Below are positions 63,403 through 64,000 of a stretch of 64,000 bases of DNA, in pieces. The stretch's first letter is position 1; each line of letters begins with the position of its first letter. Position numbers and translations under genes: made by a program. The notes under the pieces were generated by a model. That model was not told the origin of the DNA and did no database searches. It saw only the letters and a program-made list of their open reading frames with translations. The stretch is from NCBI RefSeq assembly GCF_018350175.1, contig NC_058368.1, forward strand, positions 229,030,001-229,094,000, written 5' to 3'. Source of the DNA: Felis catus (taxonomy: Eukaryota).

Positions 63403-64000
63403 GAATTTGGAGGTGAAAAACAAAAAAATAAAGGACAATATATAAAATTTGATAGGAAAGTTAATGTTTAAAAATAAGTGTTATTGATTTTAATTTGATT
63501 GTAAAAATAAGTGTTTTTATTAATTTTATGCATTTGATTTATGTTCATTTTTGGATTTATATTTTATAACATGGTTGTTTATGAAAGAAAAATGAAAATC
63601 TTCCTAATGGAATGTAAATTGATATTTTATTATGCCAATTGAATAACTTTTTTATAAAACTTATACACAGAGAAATGAATATCTTGTCTCATAAGAATTT
63701 AGAAACATTGAAATTCATTGGGGAAACTGATTTACTTTTCCTATTGAAATTTACATAACCACTTAGCATCATTATCTCCACTTTTCTATGAATTTCTATA
63801 AAAGAAATAAACTGTCTTTTGTTTAGTATCAAAGAACACATAGATAATATATGACCTTATTTATTTCATGTCCCAACATTGGTGATAAAAAGTCATTTGA
63901 CAATGATGTAATAAATCATCACTTAAAAAAATGTAAAACTGTTAAGTCAAAAAACCAAGATGTTAAAGGGAAAGGTGGGTGTATATTCTGGAATGTAATC

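Noticed and set aside
1..64000. SINE strand bias (about 21 minus vs 11 plus) as evidence of a host gene
   Set aside because: The bias is modest for this sample size, and L1 and LTR orientations are mixed, so a transcription unit cannot be inferred

Overview
AT-rich, repeat-dense, non-coding mammalian DNA from a carnivore, almost certainly a felid. The diagnostic sequences are about 32 tRNA-derived Can-SINEs, including the young feline SINEC_Fc type. I find no supportable protein-coding exon, functional RNA gene or prokaryote-type system. The provided ORFs come from SINEs, L1s, LTRs or microsatellites, or are chance ORFs. The window is intergenic or deep-intronic. It holds Can-SINEs, old and young L1 fragments, MaLR/ERVL LTRs (MLT1, MLT2, LTR16-like), L2/MIR relics, hAT and Tigger DNA-transposon relics, and microsatellites. 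The most notable structures are: (i) two same-family solo LTRs with betaretrovirus-like (ERVK-type) features, in inverted orientation about 18 kb apart, with different U3 repeat copy numbers; (ii) an L1 with a twin-priming-type 5' inversion broken inside ORF1; (iii) a tight cluster of palindromes with two CACGTG E-boxes at about 17.8-17.96 kb; (iv) a CpG-rich patch in unique sequence at about 28.3-28.9 kb; and (v) several template-switch hairpins and tandem duplications. Repeat family names are recognised by eye from remembered consensus sequences and need RepeatMasker/Dfam confirmation. Boundaries of old elements are approximate.
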